Under the pieces are notes generated by a model, which worked only from the letters and a program-made list of their open reading frames with translations, was not told where the DNA came from and made no database searches. Positions 59,636 through 64,000 of a DNA stretch of 64,000 nt are shown here, one piece after another (the first letter of the stretch is position 1; each line of letters opens with the position of its first letter). The translations under genes and the position numbers were made by a program. The DNA comes from Bacteroidales bacterium (GTDB lineage Bacteria > Bacteroidota > Bacteroidia > Bacteroidales > PUMT01). The stretch covers positions 32,321 to 96,320 of the forward strand of contig JAWODJ010000058.1 in the NCBI GenBank assembly GCA_046483315.1, written 5' to 3'.

Positions 59636-59926
59636 ATGGATATTCTAAAGAAACCCATTATCACTGAAAAAATGACCAACCTTGGCGAGAAGCTAAACAG
59701 GTATGGGTTCATTGTAGATAAACGGGCCAATAAAATTGAGATCAAGAAAGCTGTAGAAGAGATGTACGATGTGAGGGTTGATGCGGTGAATACCATTGTA
59801 TATGGTGGAAAAGCAAAATCCAGGTATACCAAAACAGGTATTATTGAAGGTAAGACAAATTCCTTCAAGAAAGCCATCGTTACACTTGCTGACGGTGACA
59901 ATATTGATTTTTACAGTAATATATAA
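59636..59926 (+). CDS. rplW: 50S ribosomal protein L23
   Basis: ILKKPIITEK ... FIVDKRANKIEIKKAVE. Confidence 0.95.
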   Translation: MDILKKPIITEKMTNLGEKLNRYGFIVDKRANKIEIKKAVEEMYDVRVDAVNTIVYGGKAKSRYTKTGIIEGKTNSFKKAIVTLADGDNIDFYSNI

Positions 59927-60012
59927 TCATACCTGCGGGACTATGATGTGATCATAACCCGGAGGCTGACAGCAAATGTTAATGTTTTTTTTACTCTATA
60001 GTTTCATTCAAA

Positions 60013-60837
60013 ATGGCAGTACGTAAGTTAAACCCGGTAACTCCGGGACAGAGACATAAGATAAAATCAACTTTTGATAATATCACTGCGGGAAAACCCG
60101 AGAAAAGCCTGCTTGCCCCTATGAAAAAATCAGGTGGCAGGAATAACATGGGAAAAATGACCATGAGGTATCTCGGTGGGGGGCATAAAAGGCGTTACCG
60201 CGTTATAGATTTCAAAAGGGACAAGGACGGAATACCTGCCGTCGTAAGATCGGTCGAATATGATCCTAACCGGTCTGCGCGTATTGCTCTTGTGCTATAT
60301 TCCGACGGAGAGAAAAGATATATTATTGCTCCTGCCGGGTTAAAAGTCGGACAGGAACTTATTTCAGGCAAGGATGCTGCTCCCGAAATCGGTAATACTT
60401 TGTTTCTTTCAGATATACCTCTGGGGACAGTTGTTCACAATATTGAACTAAAGCCGGGGCGGGGAGCTGCGATGGCCAGAAGCGCAGGGTCCTATGCACA
60501 GCTTACCAGCCGCGAAGGGAAATATGCCATAGTTAAGCTTCCTTCAGGCGAGATGAGAATGGTACTGGTGAAATGCCGTGCTACTGTGGGATCTGTATCA
60601 AATCCCGACAATGCTCTTGAGGAGTCTGGAAAAGCCGGCCGCAGCCGGTGGCTGGGTCGCAGGCCAAGGGTGAGGGGAGTGGTTATGAATCCGGTTGACC
60701 ATCCCATGGGAGGTGGTGAAGGTCGTGCATCAGGAGGGCATCCGCGGTCCAGAAAGGGAATCCCTGCCAAGGGTTATAAAACCCGTTCAAGGAAGAAGGC
60801 TTCAAATAAATATATAGTTGAAAGAAGGAAAAAATAA
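60013..60837 (+). CDS. rplB: 50S ribosomal protein L2
   Basis: [13 protein letters not shown] ... [14 protein letters not shown]. Confidence 0.97.
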   Translation: MAVRKLNPVTPGQRHKIKSTFDNITAGKPEKSLLAPMKKSGGRNNMGKMTMRYLGGGHKRRYRVIDFKRDKDGIPAVVRSVEYDPNRSARIALVLYSDGEKRYIIAPAGLKVGQELISGKDAAPEIGNTLFLSDIPLGTVVHNIELKPGRGAAMARSAGSYAQLTSREGKYAIVKLPSGEMRMVLVKCRATVGSVSNPDNALEESGKAGRSRWLGRRPRVRGVVMNPVDHPMGGGEGRASGGHPRSRKGIPAKGYKTRSRKKASNKYIVERRKK

Positions 60838-60857
60838 TTCAATAATAAACGATTGTT

Positions 60858-61124
60858 ATGAGTCGCTCACTAAAAAAAGGCCCGTTTATTGACTTTAAGC
60901 TTGAGAAGCGGGTCTCGGAACTGAACAGTTCGGGAAAGAAGACTGTGATAAAGACATGGTCACGCCGTTCAATGATATCTCCTGATTTTGTAGGGCACAC
61001 TGTTGCCGTTCATAACGGGAATAAATTTATTCCCGTTTACGTGACTGAAAACATGGTGGGTCATAAGTTGGGAGAGTTTTCTCCCACGCGTATGTTCCGC
61101 GGGCATGGAGGTAAAAAGAAATAA
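60858..61124 (+). CDS. rpsS: 30S ribosomal protein S19
   Basis: [12 protein letters not shown] ... [23 protein letters not shown]. Confidence 0.97.
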   Translation: MSRSLKKGPFIDFKLEKRVSELNSSGKKTVIKTWSRRSMISPDFVGHTVAVHNGNKFIPVYVTENMVGHKLGEFSPTRMFRGHGGKKK

Positions 61125-61160
61125 ATAAGACTTAACAACGACACAATATAATTGTTAGCG

Positions 61161-61580
61161 ATGGGATCCAGAAAACAACAACGAGCTCAGAAGATCAAAG
61201 AGGATAAGAAAAGCAGATATTTTGCCAAACTGCGCAATTGTCCTACCTCACCGAGGAAAATGCGGTTGGTTGCTGATTTGGTAAGGGGTGAAGAGGTAAA
61301 TAAAGCTCTTGATACCTTAAAATTCAGCTCAAAGGAGGCATCACGAAAAATGGAAAAATTATTACTGTCTGCAATTTCAAACTGGCAGATCAAAAACGAA
61401 GGTGTACGCATCGAAGACAGCCATCTTATTGTCAGGGAAGTTTTTGTTGATCAGGCCCGGACTCTTAAAAGATTAAGGCCTGCCCCGCAGGGAAGGGCAC
61501 ACCGTATCAGAAAACGTTCCAACCATGTCACACTGGTGCTGGACAAAGTTGAACCGACAGAAGTCACTACAAAACAATAG
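61161..61580 (+). CDS. rplV: 50S ribosomal protein L22
   Basis: [17 protein letters not shown]. The ATG at 61161 is preferred over the TTG at 61152. Confidence 0.94.
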   Translation: MGSRKQQRAQKIKEDKKSRYFAKLRNCPTSPRKMRLVADLVRGEEVNKALDTLKFSSKEASRKMEKLLLSAISNWQIKNEGVRIEDSHLIVREVFVDQARTLKRLRPAPQGRAHRIRKRSNHVTLVLDKVEPTEVTTKQ

Positions 61581-61583
61581 TCA

Positions 61584-62300
61584 ATGGGACAGAAAGTTAA
61601 TCCGATAAGTAACAGGTTAGGTATTATAAAAGGCTGGGATTCGAACTGGTACGGAGGCAATGATTATTCCGGCAAACTGGTCGAAGATCACAAAATAAGG
61701 GAGTACCTGAATGCCAGGCTGGCAAAAGCCAGCATCTCAAAGATCATTATTGAGCGTACTCTCAAGCTTATAACGGTTACAGTAAATACTGCTAGGCCCG
61801 GGATAATTATAGGTAAAGGCGGACAGGAAGTAGACAAGCTGAAGGAAGAACTGAAAAAAATAACCCAGAAGGATGTACAGATAAATATTTTTGAGGTTAA
61901 GCGTCCTGAGCTTGATGCAACGATAGTTGCAAATAACCTTGCCAGGCAGATAGAGGGAAAGATTTCCTACAGGCGAGCCATAAAAATGGCAATTGCCTCC
62001 ACAATGAGAATGGGGGCTGAGGGAATAAAGGTGCAGATTAACGGGAGGCTTGGCGGTGCCGAAATGGCCAGATCGGAAATGTACAAGGAAGGGAGAACAC
62101 CTCTCCATACGCTCAGGGCCAATATTGATTATGCTCTCAGCGAGGCTTTGACCAAAGTCGGTCTGATAGGTGTCAAGGTATGGATATGTAACGGGGAGGT
62201 ATACGGTAAGCCTGATCTTTCGCCCAACCTTGCCGCAGGAGGACCTGCTGGAGGCGACAAACCCAGGGGGGGTGGCGGTTTTAAAAGGAGAAAAAAATAG
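61584..62300 (+). CDS. rpsC: 30S ribosomal protein S3
   Basis: [14 protein letters not shown], a KH domain, and a Gly/Lys-rich tail. Confidence 0.97.
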   Translation: MGQKVNPISNRLGIIKGWDSNWYGGNDYSGKLVEDHKIREYLNARLAKASISKIIIERTLKLITVTVNTARPGIIIGKGGQEVDKLKEELKKITQKDVQINIFEVKRPELDATIVANNLARQIEGKISYRRAIKMAIASTMRMGAEGIKVQINGRLGGAEMARSEMYKEGRTPLHTLRANIDYALSEALTKVGLIGVKVWICNGEVYGKPDLSPNLAAGGPAGGDKPRGGGGFKRRKK

Positions 62301-62328
62301 TTTAATTATTTTATAAGGTATTGTTATA

Positions 62329-62757
62329 ATGTTACAGCCAAAGAAAACCAAATACAGAAGGCAACAAAAAGGTAAAATGAAGGGTAATGCCCAGCGTGGA
62401 AACCAACTTGCCTTCGGTTCATACGGCATCAAGGCACTTGAGGAATCGTGGATTACAGGGCGCCAGTTAGAAGCGGCCAGACAAGCGGTTACCAGGCATA
62501 TGAAAAGGGAAGGCCAGATATGGATCCGGATATTTCCCGATAAACCCATTACAAAGAAACCTGCTGAAGTACGTATGGGAAAGGGGAAAGGAGCACCTGA
62601 AGCATTTGTTGCACCGGTAACGCCGGGAAGAATTATAATTGAAGCGGAAGGGGTACCAATTGAGGTTGCAAGGGAGGCACTCAGGCTTGCTGCACAGAAA
62701 CTGCCCATTACAACGAAGTTTATTGTAAGGCGCGATTATGTTATGCCGTCAAATTAA
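62329..62757 (+). CDS. rplP: 50S ribosomal protein L16
   Basis: [15 protein letters not shown] ... [10 protein letters not shown]. Confidence 0.97.
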   Translation: MLQPKKTKYRRQQKGKMKGNAQRGNQLAFGSYGIKALEESWITGRQLEAARQAVTRHMKREGQIWIRIFPDKPITKKPAEVRMGKGKGAPEAFVAPVTPGRIIIEAEGVPIEVAREALRLAAQKLPITTKFIVRRDYVMPSN

Positions 62758-62794
62758 AGTTGAATAACCCTGTATACGACAAATATATTTATTC

Positions 62795-62995
62795 ATGAAG
62801 ATATCAGAAATAAGAGAGTTGTCCACCAGTGATATAGAGGAAAGGATAGATACTGAAAAAAGCCTGCTGCTCAAGCTTAAAATGAACCATACGGTCTCAC
62901 CGCTTGACAATCCTCTGAAGATACCGGCTGTAAAAAAGAATATTGCCAGGTTGAAAACTGAATTACGTCAACGTATGTTAACAGAGAAACAGTAA
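62795..62995 (+). CDS. rpmC: 50S ribosomal protein L29
   Basis: 66 aa, with [13 protein letters not shown], in the operon position. Confidence 0.93.
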   Translation: MKISEIRELSTSDIEERIDTEKSLLLKLKMNHTVSPLDNPLKIPAVKKNIARLKTELRQRMLTEKQ

Positions 62996-63009
62996 AGTTA
63001 GTTCTTGCA

Positions 63010-63264
63010 ATGGAAAGAAAATTAAGAAAAGAGCGCGTTGGTGTTGTTGCCAGCAATAAGATGGAAAAATCCGTCGTAATTACCGTGAACCGCAGGGTGA
63101 AACACCCTATTTACGGTAAGTTTGTAAAAAAAGCAACTAAATTGATGGCACATGACGACCAGAATAGCTGCAACATTGGCGATACCGTCAAAATAATGGA
63201 AACAAGGCCTCTCAGCAGGGATAAATGCTGGAGGGTAGTGGAAATAATTGAAAGAGCAAAATAA
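63010..63264 (+). CDS. rpsQ: 30S ribosomal protein S17
   Basis: [19 protein letters not shown] ... [22 protein letters not shown]. Confidence 0.96.
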   Translation: MERKLRKERVGVVASNKMEKSVVITVNRRVKHPIYGKFVKKATKLMAHDDQNSCNIGDTVKIMETRPLSRDKCWRVVEIIERAK

Positions 63265-63266
63265 CG

Positions 63267-63632
63267 ATGATACAACAAGAGAGCAGATTAGATGTAGCTG
63301 ATAACTCCGGTGCGAAAGAGGTACTTTGTATAAGGGTACTTGGCGGTAGCGGCAAAAGATATGCCAGGGTTGGTGATAAGATCGTAGTCTCGGTTAAAAG
63401 CGCCATACCTTCAGGAGAGATCAAAAAAGGAACTGTAAGCAAGGCCGTTATAGTTCGTACTAAAAACCAGATAAGAAGAAATGATGGCTCATATATTCGT
63501 TTTGATGATAATGCTGTCGTTCTTTTAAATAATCTTGATGAGATAAGGGGAACCCGTATTTTCGGCCCTGTGCCGCGTGAACTCAGGGATAAATTTATGA
63601 AGATCGTTTCCCTTGCACCCGAAGTTCTTTAA
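63267..63632 (+). CDS. rplN: 50S ribosomal protein L14
   Basis: [18 protein letters not shown] ... [11 protein letters not shown]. Confidence 0.97.
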   Translation: MIQQESRLDVADNSGAKEVLCIRVLGGSGKRYARVGDKIVVSVKSAIPSGEIKKGTVSKAVIVRTKNQIRRNDGSYIRFDDNAVVLLNNLDEIRGTRIFGPVPRELRDKFMKIVSLAPEVL

Positions 63633-63659
63633 TAAATGTAATTTTTAAAATTAATATTG

Positions 63660-63983
63660 ATGGGCAGAAAATACCATATAAGGAAAGGTGATACGGTTTA
63701 TGTTGTAACAGGTGAATCCCGGGGACAGCAGGGACGTGTTCTTGATGTTATTACAAAAGACGGTAAAGCTATCGTTGAAGGTGTAAATATGGTTGCGCGC
63801 CATACCAAACCAAATGCCAGGCATACACAGGGCGGAATTATAAAAAAAGAGGCACCCGTTCATATATCAAACCTGATGCTTGTTGATCCTTCAACGGGTA
63901 ATCCGACAAGGGTAGGCAGAAAATTAAATGATAAAAATAAATTGGTACGTTATTCTAAAAAAACCGGGGAGGAAATCAAGTAA
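63660..63983 (+). CDS. rplX: 50S ribosomal protein L24
   Basis: KOW motif [25 protein letters not shown] at 63660 (TTG at 63657 in the track). Confidence 0.95.
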   Translation: MGRKYHIRKGDTVYVVTGESRGQQGRVLDVITKDGKAIVEGVNMVARHTKPNARHTQGGIIKKEAPVHISNLMLVDPSTGNPTRVGRKLNDKNKLVRYSKKTGEEIK

Positions 63984-64000
63984 TGGAATACAGGCCTTCA
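63983..64000 (+). CDS. rplE: 50S ribosomal protein L5, first 6 codons only (runs off the window)
   Basis: The ATG overlaps the rplX stop (TAATG). MEYRPS is in the expected operon position. Confidence 0.6.

Noticed and set aside
59927-60012. Slightly long (86 nt) rplW-rplB spacer with a TATGAT-GTG-ATCATA hairpin
   Set aside because: The stem is a short AT-only helix with weak flanking pairing. I have no evidence that it is more than operon spacer.
61737-62708. 323-aa minus-strand ORF spanning rpsC, the intergenic gap and rplP
   Set aside because: It is antisense to two unmistakable ribosomal protein genes. The translation is low-complexity with no motifs. Long antisense frames are a common artefact of strong codon bias in highly expressed genes.
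1-64000. Scan for CRISPR arrays, tRNA/rRNA genes, integrases, transposases, toxin-antitoxin or restriction-type defence genes
   Set aside because: I found none. All gaps over 150 bp were read on both strands and contain only promoter-like or terminator-like elements. This was a by-eye scan, so short or degenerate elements could have been missed.

Overview
This 64-kb chromosomal segment looks like a Bacteroidota genome. Supporting signs are TAnnTTTG promoter motifs, a T9SS-type C-terminal sorting domain, DUF4290-murA and parA-parB-DUF5683 synteny, and a str/S10 ribosomal cluster with no tuf between fusA and rpsJ. The window is almost entirely coding, with about 60 protein genes. By eye I found no rRNA, tRNA, CRISPR array, transposase or integrase.

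Layout:
- 1-13.7 kb is a respiratory island. Alternative complex III (actB partial, then actC-F) converges on a caa3-type oxidase operon (sco, ctaD, ctaE, subunit IV, ctaC-cytochrome c fusion, ctaB) plus an HMA copper lipoprotein. A small-membrane-protein/cydA/cydB bd-oxidase operon follows, ending in an untracked 43-codon CydX-like ORF.
- 14-28.7 kb holds envelope and housekeeping genes: a beta-propeller/DUF4114 lipoprotein, chorismate mutase, pssA, a PorV/PorQ-like barrel, glutaminyl cyclase, a lipid kinase, parAB, a LysM lytic transglycosylase, and an SGNH + MBOAT acyltransferase pair.
- 28.8-37 kb is the least conventional part. It has a HydF-like FeS GTPase divergent from a double-length (728 aa) KamA-family radical SAM protein, a Tat/Rieske lipoprotein, and a three-gene module (polytopic GT-C-like protein, GT2, MprF-flippase-like protein).
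- 37-54.4 kb holds aspA, a sigma-54 activator lacking a DNA-binding domain, Ppx/GppA, an ABC-2 exporter, grpE-dnaJ, TlpA, murA (active-site Asp instead of Cys), DUF4290, a UvrD/PcrA helicase, a T9SS cargo protein, and an EF-G paralog lacking the catalytic His.
- 55-64 kb is rpsL-rpsG-fusA-rpsJ-rplCDWB-rpsS-rplV-rpsC-rplP-rpmC-rpsQ-rplNX and the start of rplE.

All functional calls come from motifs I recognised in the translations and from gene context. No database search was run.
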